Notes under the pieces: model-generated
The model's input: the letters and a program-made list of their open reading frames with translations, nothing else
The model's database searches: none
Told to the model about the DNA's origin: nothing
Assembly (NCBI GenBank): GCA_902581045.1
Contig: CACHMU010000004.1
Location: forward strand, 860 to 64,859
Source: an uncultured Fidelibacterota bacterium
GTDB taxonomy: Bacteria > Fidelibacterota > Marinisomatia > Marinisomatales > TCS55
Length of the DNA stretch: 64,000 nt
Reading direction: 5' to 3'
In this document: one piece after another, positions 48,622 through 56,598 of the stretch
Layout of the letters: each line of letters opens with the position of its first letter
How positions within the stretch are numbered: position 1 is the stretch's first letter
Translations under genes and position numbers: made by a program

Positions 48622-51600
48622 ATGAATAAATTTAGCATTCCCAGATTAGTTACTAATTTTCTGCTTATTGCAGGAATGTCTTCATTCCTCATGGCGCAGC
48701 AAGGTTCTGTTTCTGGTCGTGTCACTGACGCTGATACTGGGGATCCTCTAGTGGGAGCCAACGTCCTTGTGGTAGGTACCAACTTAGGTGCAGCTACGGA
48801 TGTAAATGGTGAATTTTCCATTAGTAGGGTACCTGCAGGTGCTCAGAGATTGAATGCCAATTACATTGGTTACGGAAGTCAATCAATGAATGTGGATATT
48901 CCAGCTGATGGTTCCGCAAATGCAGATTTTACTCTTTCTGTTGCTGCGCTGAACCTAAATGAAGTCGTCGTAACTGGCGCTGGTACAGCTGTAGAAAAAT
49001 CTAAGATTGGTAATTCAGTGGGTGTGGTAAACATGGAATCTTTGGAAGATGCTCCGATTACTAACTTTTCGGACATTTTACAAGGTCGTGAAAAAGGCGT
49101 TGTTATGCTGCCAAATGGCGGTTTAAACGGTGAAGGTGCGTCAATACGTATCCGAGGAACTTCAACGTTATCACAATCTAATGAACCCGTTGTTTATATC
49201 GATGGTGTAAGAGTGGATAACTCTGCTAGTGGCGTAGGTCCCGGTGGAACACCCTCACACTTAGATGAAATCAACCCAGATGCTATTGAGCGTATTGAAA
49301 TTCTAAAAGGTGCTGCAGCTGCATCACTTTATGGAACTCAAGCGGCTAATGGTATCATACAAATTTTTACAAAACAAGGTGCAATCTCAAAGCCTGAATT
49401 CAATGTTGAAGTCAGCACAATGAGTAGCTCCTACGATGAAGATAGATGGAAGCCAAATTCTGGCTTTGCTCGAGATGCAACTACTGCTGCTCGTATGCAA
49501 AAGTTATTCCCTGACTATGTTAGTGGAAGCTTACAGCCTTATCAAGTAATCTCAGTTCCTTTTGTTGGCTGGCTTTACGATAAAGGTAGTAATCAAACCA
49601 TTTCTGCTTCTGTTCGTGGTGGTGCGCCTGGTGCAACTTATTATGCAGCCGTGCGTTATTTAAATAGTGATGGTCCTTATGATGAATCAGCTATGCTTCT
49701 TGGTAAGCCTGTTGGTGCTGCGGACCCAACTAAGCCCGGTGCTAATGATATGCGTGATCAATTTATGGCAAGTGCTACATTGAACTTGTTGCCAACAGAT
49801 AAGATGCGTATTCGTTTATCAACGAACTATTCTTATACTGACCATAATACGATCCAAAATAATAATAATATCTATGGAACAACTTCCCTAATTCAAATGG
49901 GAAAACCTGAGCATTCAACTGAAAATAATGCAACAGGATCTATTGCGTTTGCTACAGCTCGTGAAACAACCTATCGTACTCAGAATAACGAAGGTGATAA
50001 CACAACGATCTCATTAAATGCAAGCTATAAGGTCATGGATGGATTAAATGTTTCAGGTACATTTGGAATGAACTCAACATTAAATAAGAGTACTGCATTA
50101 ACACCATTTGGCTACAATGTTGATGGTAAAATGGCCTATGCAACACAGGGTGCTCTTTTTAAGAATAAGACTGATAGAAAAGTCTATACAGTAGATCTTA
50201 AAGCTGACTATGCTGCCAATTTTGGTGTCCTTTCTACTGAAAGTGTTGTCGGTTTTCAATCATTCCAAACAGTTGTGAAATTTATGAGTGGTGGTGGCCA
50301 ACAGTTTCCTGGACCTGGACTTGAAGTTCTAGGTGCACTAGGATCTCCAAGCAACCCTGGCTCATCATTTTCTGAAACAATTGAAGCTGGAGTATTACTT
50401 CAGACGAGAGTTGGCTATCAAGATTGGCTTTATACAACATTTGGTATTCGCCAAGATGCAAATAGTGCATTTGGAGCTGATTTCTCAACAATTACTTATC
50501 CACGTGTGAATGTTTCTTACATTCCAACAACACAGCTTGGTCAATTAGGCCCTGTCTCTACGGCACGCTTACGTTTTGCTTGGGGACAAGCTGGGCAACA
50601 GCCTGGCGCATTTGACCAGTTTACAACCTACTTGCCTTGGGCTTCTGAATTTGGCCCTGGCCTTTCCCCTGGAAACGTGGGTGACCCAACTTTAAAACCT
50701 GAAGTTTCTACTGAAATTGAATTCGGTGGTGAAATTGGTGTTTTAAATGATAAGGTTGCTTTTGATTTTCAGTACTGGGATCGTGTTGTAGAAGATGCCT
50801 TGATCCAACGTGCATATCCACCATCAGGTGGTTTTGTCCGCACTCAGCTTTCCAATATTGGACAGCTAGATGCTAAGGGTTGGGAAGTTGGTGTTGATGC
50901 AAACGTCATGCGTAACTCAAATATTAGTGTTGATGTTTTTGGAACCCTATCATATTTAGAAGAAAAAGTGGTTAGCTTAGGTGGAGCACCTGAACAAAAA
51001 GTGGGTGGGTCTTATCCTCGCTATCGCAACTTCTTAACTGAAGGTTGGGCTCCTGGTTCTTATTTTGGCGCTAAAGGAAGCTGGGAAGTTGACACAAGCC
51101 TTAAATATCCAATTGATGTAAATGGTGATGGAAAAGCCGACAGTGAAGCTGTCCTTCTTGAGTTCTTCAAGACAAAAGGTGACGGTGTTCGTTCTGGCTG
51201 GAATCCAGTTATGGCTAATCCAACTCAAGCAGATATTGATGCTGGTCTTGCTAAAGGCACAGGTGCCTTAGATTGGTATCTTGGTAAACCAACTCCTGAT
51301 TATACTGCCTCATTTGGTGGAAGTGTAAAATATGGAAAGAACTGGCGCTTCAACACATTGTTCGAATCTAGATTTGGCAATTACGAAGTGACTAATCTTA
51401 CTGATGCCTTCCGTAAGTCTCATGGCTTGATTGGTCGTAATACACCTGAAGCTGCAAAGACTGAAGCTGCGATGATGGATCCAGCAAAAGCTGGCCAACA
51501 GCGTATGGATGCAGTTGATAGATGGATTAGAGAATTTCTAGCGTTATCACCTTATAGTGGTCTTAACACAATAGAAGATGCATCATTTATTCGCTTACGT

Positions 51601-51840
51601 GAGCTAAGTGTTTCTTACACATTTGACCAAGAACTTGCTGCTCGATTTGGAGCAAGATCACTTCAAGTGTCATTTTCAGGAAAGAACCTATGGATGAGCA
51701 CTGATTATTCAGGTATCGATCCAGAGTTGAATTCAATATCCCGTTCAAATGGTGGTATTAGTGATTTTCAACAATCAATCGATGCATTTGGTGTTCCAGT
51801 GCCACGTATGTTCAACTTTAGCTTAAAAGTTGGATTATAA
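48622..51840 (+). CDS. SusC/RagA-family TonB-dependent outer-membrane receptor
   Basis: Signal peptide, carboxypeptidase-regulatory-like domain (GRVTDADTGDPLVGANVLVVGTNLGAATDVNGEFSI), plug (ASIRIRGTSTLSQSNEPVVYIDGVRVDN) and a long beta-barrel. A SusD-like gene follows 6 nt downstream. Confidence 0.85.
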   Translation: MNKFSIPRLVTNFLLIAGMSSFLMAQQGSVSGRVTDADTGDPLVGANVLVVGTNLGAATDVNGEFSISRVPAGAQRLNANYIGYGSQSMNVDIPADGSANADFTLSVAALNLNEVVVTGAGTAVEKSKIGNSVGVVNMESLEDAPITNFSDILQGREKGVVMLPNGGLNGEGASIRIRGTSTLSQSNEPVVYIDGVRVDNSASGVGPGGTPSHLDEINPDAIERIEILKGAAAASLYGTQAANGIIQIFTKQGAISKPEFNVEVSTMSSSYDEDRWKPNSGFARDATTAARMQKLFPDYVSGSLQPYQVISVPFVGWLYDKGSNQTISASVRGGAPGATYYAAVRYLNSDGPYDESAMLLGKPVGAADPTKPGANDMRDQFMASATLNLLPTDKMRIRLSTNYSYTDHNTIQNNNNIYGTTSLIQMGKPEHSTENNATGSIAFATARETTYRTQNNEGDNTTISLNASYKVMDGLNVSGTFGMNSTLNKSTALTPFGYNVDGKMAYATQGALFKNKTDRKVYTVDLKADYAANFGVLSTESVVGFQSFQTVVKFMSGGGQQFPGPGLEVLGALGSPSNPGSSFSETIEAGVLLQTRVGYQDWLYTTFGIRQDANSAFGADFSTITYPRVNVSYIPTTQLGQLGPVSTARLRFAWGQAGQQPGAFDQFTTYLPWASEFGPGLSPGNVGDPTLKPEVSTEIEFGGEIGVLNDKVAFDFQYWDRVVEDALIQRAYPPSGGFVRTQLSNIGQLDAKGWEVGVDANVMRNSNISVDVFGTLSYLEEKVVSLGGAPEQKVGGSYPRYRNFLTEGWAPGSYFGAKGSWEVDTSLKYPIDVNGDGKADSEAVLLEFFKTKGDGVRSGWNPVMANPTQADIDAGLAKGTGALDWYLGKPTPDYTASFGGSVKYGKNWRFNTLFESRFGNYEVTNLTDAFRKSHGLIGRNTPEAAKTEAAMMDPAKAGQQRMDAVDRWIREFLALSPYSGLNTIEDASFIRLRELSVSYTFDQELAARFGARSLQVSFSGKNLWMSTDYSGIDPELNSISRSNGGISDFQQSIDAFGVPVPRMFNFSLKVGL

Positions 51841-51852
51841 GGAGGTATGACA

Positions 51853-53109
51853 ATGACAAATAAAATGAAATTAATCAGCCTTTTCACCGCATTTTCGATG
51901 ATTGGCTGTAGTTTAGAAGTAGATAACCCTAACAGTTTGCTTGAAGCAGATTTAGCAGACCCTTCTGCTGCTTCTGCATTAGCTAATGGCGCATGGAATG
52001 CTGTCCTAAATGGTATTGGTCAAATTATGATTGCCAATGCTGTTATTACTGATGAAGTTGTATGGACTGGTTCTCGCGATGCATGGCGGCAATTAGATAA
52101 AGGTGGTGTCACCAACGTATACAATGAATTCGTTGACGGTGCATGGCCTTCTATCAATGAAGGTCGTTGGATGGCTGATAAAGCAGTAAGTGTTTTAACA
52201 AGCCTAGGTGATAAGCTACCTAATAAGCAAGACCTTGTTTTCGCACATGTAACAGCTGCGATGGTACGAGTATTTGTTGCTGATATGTTTGATGATTTTG
52301 TCTACTCAGACAAAACAGAAGCAGGTAAAGCTATTGGTGCTGCTAATATGTCAAAGATGTATGATGAAGCAATGACATTACTAACTGGCGCTGATGCAAT
52401 AGCAGATGCTGCATGGAAGATCAGAATCAAAGGTATGCAAGCACGTGTTGCACATGCAAAAGCAGTTTGGGGTACAGTTAATCCTTACTCTGCTGGTACC
52501 AATTACGTAAACGCAGGTGCCACAGAAGCTGCAGCTGCACTAACGCTAATGGCAGGAACCACGGACTATAAATGGAAAATGAATTTTAGTTCTGGTACTG
52601 TATCCAATAACATGTCTTGGCAGATCAATGGTCGTCTTGAAATGGATCTGTTGGATTCTCCACAACACCCAGATAAAGGTGGTGATCCTAATAAGAATGA
52701 CCCAGTGACTGGCGCAGCAGATACACGTGTTTTAGCTGAAGCTAAAATATTTGGTTCTGGTGTTGGTGGTGGTACAGACTATGCACCAATCACAATTATT
52801 TCAGCACGTGAAATGCACCTAATTATCGCTGAAAGCAAAATGGCTGGTGGCGATGCTGCAGGTGTACTTGCTGAACTAAATAAGATTCGTGCTTTGGATG
52901 GCTTAGCTGCCTACACGACTCAGGATGCTGGTGATGCTTTAAAGCATGAGCGTTATGCGAACCTTTTCATCCAAGGTCGTCGCTTACCAGACATGTATCG
53001 TTGGGGCTTAAAATCTATTATTTGGGATGATGTTGAAAAGTCAGATACTGGCTCTTTCTTCCCTATTCCAATAAGAGAATGTAGAGCAAACCCAAACATC
53101 AGTTGCTAA
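51853..53109 (+). CDS. SusD/RagB-family outer-membrane lipoprotein (short, ~418 aa)
   Basis: Lipoprotein signal (LFTAFSMIGC) followed by SLEVDNPNS. C-terminal SusD hallmarks ERYANLFIQGRRLPDMYRWG and FPIPIRECRANPNI. ATG 51853 has better spacing from GGAGG (51841-51845) than the track start at 51847. Confidence 0.75.
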   Translation: MTNKMKLISLFTAFSMIGCSLEVDNPNSLLEADLADPSAASALANGAWNAVLNGIGQIMIANAVITDEVVWTGSRDAWRQLDKGGVTNVYNEFVDGAWPSINEGRWMADKAVSVLTSLGDKLPNKQDLVFAHVTAAMVRVFVADMFDDFVYSDKTEAGKAIGAANMSKMYDEAMTLLTGADAIADAAWKIRIKGMQARVAHAKAVWGTVNPYSAGTNYVNAGATEAAAALTLMAGTTDYKWKMNFSSGTVSNNMSWQINGRLEMDLLDSPQHPDKGGDPNKNDPVTGAADTRVLAEAKIFGSGVGGGTDYAPITIISAREMHLIIAESKMAGGDAAGVLAELNKIRALDGLAAYTTQDAGDALKHERYANLFIQGRRLPDMYRWGLKSIIWDDVEKSDTGSFFPIPIRECRANPNISC

Positions 53110-53163
53110 AATAGCAGCATAACCAAAGCCTCTTTTTCGGGGCTAGGGTTTAATTGTTTTCTA

Positions 53164-53199
53164 AGAAATGGGCTCTTTTTAGAGCCCATTTCTTTTTTT
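53164..53199 (+). terminator. Rho-independent terminator after the SusCD pair
   Basis: 13-bp perfect stem AGAAATGGGCTCT / AGAGCCCATTTCT with loop TTTT, followed by a T-run (53194-53199). A weaker hairpin (53127-53144) precedes it. Confidence 0.75.
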
Positions 53200-53233
53200 A
53201 CTTATATATATTTAAAACTGTAATTTCTTTTAT

Positions 53234-53866
53234 ATGAAAATGATCATAAAACCTTTATTAATCATCCTTGCTAGTTGTCTTCTATTTGGGCAAGAAAAAT
53301 CAAATAAACCAGCATCAAAGATTGCATATGCTGGGATCAAGATTGAGAATGTAGAGCCGTGGGTTAAAAAAGAATTATCAAGGAAAATGGAATCCATCTT
53401 TAATGGGTTAAATAAAGATGTTTTTATTCCATTAGAAACTGTTGAAACTTTGGCTCAATCTGAAGTTCAAGAATTATTTGTGGAAGTGACTGATTCTAGT
53501 CTTCAAAAAGTTGCAGATAAAACTGACTCAAAATATGTTTTCGTGGGAATTTTTAATAATGTTTCCCCTGATGACCGCCGAATCATGATTCAAGGAAACT
53601 TTTATCGGTACAATTCTGAACTCAAATCTAAATTTCGCTATGAAGTCCTTAAGTACTATGAAAGAATGAATGATGAAGTACTTGTTATTAAAAAGCAGTT
53701 AGTTGATTCAATCCCTGCGGCTACTACACCTCCATCATTAAGAAATATGATAATCGTCTTTGGAACTGTACTTATTGTAGGAATATTTTTTATGACATTG
53801 ACAGGAACAAGTATTTTCGCAGAAGGTGGAAATAGCGGTGGTTTGCCTACACCTACTGAAAACTAG
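53234..53866 (+). CDS. Hypothetical membrane-anchored protein, paralogue A (signal/lipobox + ~150-aa domain + C-terminal TM helix + short tail)
   Basis: N-terminal MKMIIKPLLIILASC (lipobox-like LASC) and a C-terminal hydrophobic helix MIIVFGTVLIVGIFFMTLTG followed by ...GGNSGGLPTPTEN. It is homologous to the next ORF. Confidence 0.55.
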   Translation: MKMIIKPLLIILASCLLFGQEKSNKPASKIAYAGIKIENVEPWVKKELSRKMESIFNGLNKDVFIPLETVETLAQSEVQELFVEVTDSSLQKVADKTDSKYVFVGIFNNVSPDDRRIMIQGNFYRYNSELKSKFRYEVLKYYERMNDEVLVIKKQLVDSIPAATTPPSLRNMIIVFGTVLIVGIFFMTLTGTSIFAEGGNSGGLPTPTEN

Positions 53867-54537
53867 TGAAATACTTATATAAACCTATTTCTGTTTTCCT
53901 TTCTATTAATCTTCTAATGGTCCAACTTGTTAGTGGACGAACTCAAGATGATAAAAATGATAGTGGATTAATCAATGTTGGTTACATTGGCGAGTCTTTC
54001 AATAATATACCTGATGGTTATCAGAGATTAGTGAGACAAAAAATGTTAGGTGTAATTAATCAAAATTATTATGAGTTTTTTAATCCAATTGATTTAGAAA
54101 AATCACATGCTGATGCAATGAAAAAAGTTTTTTCAGAAGCAAAGGATTCGTTAACTAATAATTTATCAACCTTAGCTAAAGCTACTGAGCTAGATTATAT
54201 TTTTCTAACTACAATGGATAATATTTCTGAAGACACAAAACGAGTGATGCTTAAAGGTGAGGTAGTTCGATATGATACTAAAGCAAATCAACTATTCAGA
54301 CATGAGATTTTATCATATGCTGAAGATATTGACCTGCATATTAAAGAAATCAAAATAAAAATGATTGATACGATTCCTCATAGCATTCATACTATTGGTA
54401 GAAATAGAACTTATCTGCTAGCTGGGATAGCAATTATTCTCGCATTTGCAATAGGACAATCTTTTTCTGAATTAAGTAGATATTTAAGTAGTGGAGATGG
54501 TTCTGATGCAGATACATCACCTCCAGTACAAAATTAA
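53866..54537 (+). CDS. Hypothetical membrane-anchored protein, paralogue B
   Basis: The GTG start overlaps the preceding TAG (TAGTG). It has an N-terminal hydrophobic segment, a C-terminal helix YLLAGIAIILAFAIGQSF and an acidic tail ending SPPVQN. It shares 24 identities with paralogue A in a 72-column ungapped hand alignment. Confidence 0.55.
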   Translation: MKYLYKPISVFLSINLLMVQLVSGRTQDDKNDSGLINVGYIGESFNNIPDGYQRLVRQKMLGVINQNYYEFFNPIDLEKSHADAMKKVFSEAKDSLTNNLSTLAKATELDYIFLTTMDNISEDTKRVMLKGEVVRYDTKANQLFRHEILSYAEDIDLHIKEIKIKMIDTIPHSIHTIGRNRTYLLAGIAIILAFAIGQSFSELSRYLSSGDGSDADTSPPVQN

Positions 54538-54539
54538 GC

Positions 54540-55937
54540 TTATTTCTTCTTAAAAACGCCCACAGACTCTATATGAGGCGTATGTGGGAACAAATCTACA
54601 ATTGCTAAATTATCAAGCGTATAGCCCTTAGTTTGAAGGATTGCTGCATCTCTAGCTTGAGTAGATGGATTACATGATATATAGACAATTTTTTTTGCTT
54701 CAAATTTTGGTAAATAATTCGTCATAAATTTGTGCATACCTGCCCTTGGAGGATCAATAAATATTACATCAGGCCTTGGGTACTTTGAGCCTTTACCAAA
54801 CTTGAAAAAGTTATCAAGATTAGCTACATGAAAAAACACATTTCCAATTCCATTCTGAACTGCATTCCTTGTTGCATCCTCGACAGCAGAAACAATAACC
54901 TCAAAGCCATGAACCTCTTTTACCTTATTTGCGATAAACATAGCAATTGAACCTGTACCACAGTATAAATCATAAACTACATCATTCCCATTCAATTTAG
55001 CTGCATCTACAGCCGTTTGATACAATTGCTCAGCCATAGGTGAATTTGTTTGAAAAAAAGAATTTGCAGAGATTTCAAAATCTATATCACCTAATTTTTC
55101 TTGAAGTGCCGGTTTTCCATACAAATGAATTTCATATTCACCGAAAGATACATCTGCTTTTCTCGTATTTATGTTATTAACAATTGTTGTTATCTCAGGA
55201 AATGACTTTTTTAGTCCATCCACTAATGGTTGAAGTAGATCAATATTTTCATATGAAGTAACTATATTAACGAGAATATCTTTTGTAAAATGACCAAATC
55301 TTAAAATCAAATATCTTAAAAATCCATTATGCGTTTTTTGATCATATGGTTTTAATTGAAGTTCTTTAGATAACGATTGTGTTTTATTTAATATCTCAGT
55401 TCCAATTTTTGGCATAAGATGGCATTCATTAATATCTAATATTTTGTCCCATCTTTTTGGAATATGCATTCCAAGTGCAAAGTCCTTATTTGCACCTTCT
55501 GGCTCTTCAGGAAGAACCCATCTATTGTTTGAAAAAGTAAATTCCATTTTATTTCGATAGTAAAAAATATCCTTTGATGGAATAACCTTTGAAACCACAA
55601 AATCCTTTATACCTCCTTGACGGATAAAAATATCTTCGACCTGTTGTTTTTTTTGAGAAACCTGCTCATTATAGTCTAATTGTTGAACTTTGCAGCCACC
55701 ACAAGTTGGAAAATGAGCGCATCTTGGTTCCACTGCATGAGAAGATTCAGATAATATTTCAAGTGGACGTGCTTCTCCATATCCTTTTCTTTTTCTATAG
55801 ATCAGAGCACGGATTTTTTGGCCCGGGATTGCATTTTTAACAAAGATTACAAAATCATCTACTCTTGCAATTCCCTTTCCACCATAAGCTAAAGATTCAA
55901 TCGTGAGATCTAATTCTTGTCCTTTTTTAACCTGCAT
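54540..55937 (-). CDS. rlmD: 23S rRNA (uracil-5)-methyltransferase, RumA/RlmD family
   Basis: TRAM domain, 4Fe-4S Cys cluster (CAHFPTCGGCKVQQL), SAM-MTase fold and the catalytic-Cys motif YISCNPST. Confidence 0.8.
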   Translation of the reverse strand: MQVKKGQELDLTIESLAYGGKGIARVDDFVIFVKNAIPGQKIRALIYRKRKGYGEARPLEILSESSHAVEPRCAHFPTCGGCKVQQLDYNEQVSQKKQQVEDIFIRQGGIKDFVVSKVIPSKDIFYYRNKMEFTFSNNRWVLPEEPEGANKDFALGMHIPKRWDKILDINECHLMPKIGTEILNKTQSLSKELQLKPYDQKTHNGFLRYLILRFGHFTKDILVNIVTSYENIDLLQPLVDGLKKSFPEITTIVNNINTRKADVSFGEYEIHLYGKPALQEKLGDIDFEISANSFFQTNSPMAEQLYQTAVDAAKLNGNDVVYDLYCGTGSIAMFIANKVKEVHGFEVIVSAVEDATRNAVQNGIGNVFFHVANLDNFFKFGKGSKYPRPDVIFIDPPRAGMHKFMTNYLPKFEAKKIVYISCNPSTQARDAAILQTKGYTLDNLAIVDLFPHTPHIESVGVFKKK

Positions 55938-56598
55938 TTATTCCTTCAATGATTTTTACGCCAGAACTAGTCCCAATTCTATTTGCACCTGCCTCTATCA
56001 TCTTAATAGCATCATTAAATGAATTAATCCCACCTGATGCCTTTACGCCAAATAAATCACCCACGCTTTGTCTGATAACTTTAACTTGAGAAACTTTTGC
56101 ACCATTTTTTGAAAATCCCGTTGATGTTTTAACAAACTGTGCCTTTGCTTCTTTTATGATTTCACAAGCAATTTTAATTTCATCATCATTCCAATGGCAT
56201 GTCTCGATTATCACTTTAACAACTCTCCCAGCTGCAGCTTCTACAATTGAATAAATTCCTGTTAGAACTTTATCATATTTTTTTAATCTAAAAGAATCAA
56301 TATCCATCACCATATCTATTTCCATCGCTCCCTCATTTATTACCATCTCAACATCATCAAGATTCCGTTCTATATCACCTAACCCTTTTGGGAAATCAAT
56401 AACTGTGCATACCTCCGTTGATGTACCTTCTAAATATTGCACACATTGATCAACAAAGTAAGGTTCTACACAAACGGTACGAAATCCCCATTCCCTTGCA
56501 TCTTTGCATAATGTAAGGTATTCTTGGTTGGAAGAATTAGGTTTCAACAGAGTTTGGTCAATCAATCCTGCTATTTTTTTTTTAATCTTATCTGCCAT
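55927..56598 (-). CDS. deoC: Deoxyribose-phosphate aldolase
   Basis: IDQTLLKP start, Schiff-base Lys region FVKTSTGF and VKASGGI. Confidence 0.85.
   Translation of the reverse strand: MADKIKKKIAGLIDQTLLKPNSSNQEYLTLCKDAREWGFRTVCVEPYFVDQCVQYLEGTSTEVCTVIDFPKGLGDIERNLDDVEMVINEGAMEIDMVMDIDSFRLKKYDKVLTGIYSIVEAAAGRVVKVIIETCHWNDDEIKIACEIIKEAKAQFVKTSTGFSKNGAKVSQVKVIRQSVGDLFGVKASGGINSFNDAIKMIEAGANRIGTSSGVKIIEGINAG

Noticed and set aside
48597-48821. 74-aa minus-strand ORF spanning the SusC-like start, plus several 60-70-aa minus-strand ORFs inside the SusC-like gene
   Set aside because: Stop codons are rarer on the antisense strand of a G+C-richer gene, so such ORFs are expected by chance. They have no ribosome-binding site or motif.
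48400-53250. Mobile-element boundaries (integrase, transposase, tRNA target, flanking direct or inverted repeats) around the G+C-rich SusCD island
   Set aside because: No mobility gene, tRNA or matching flanking repeats were visible by eye. The compositional island is therefore reported as an anomaly and not called a mobile element.
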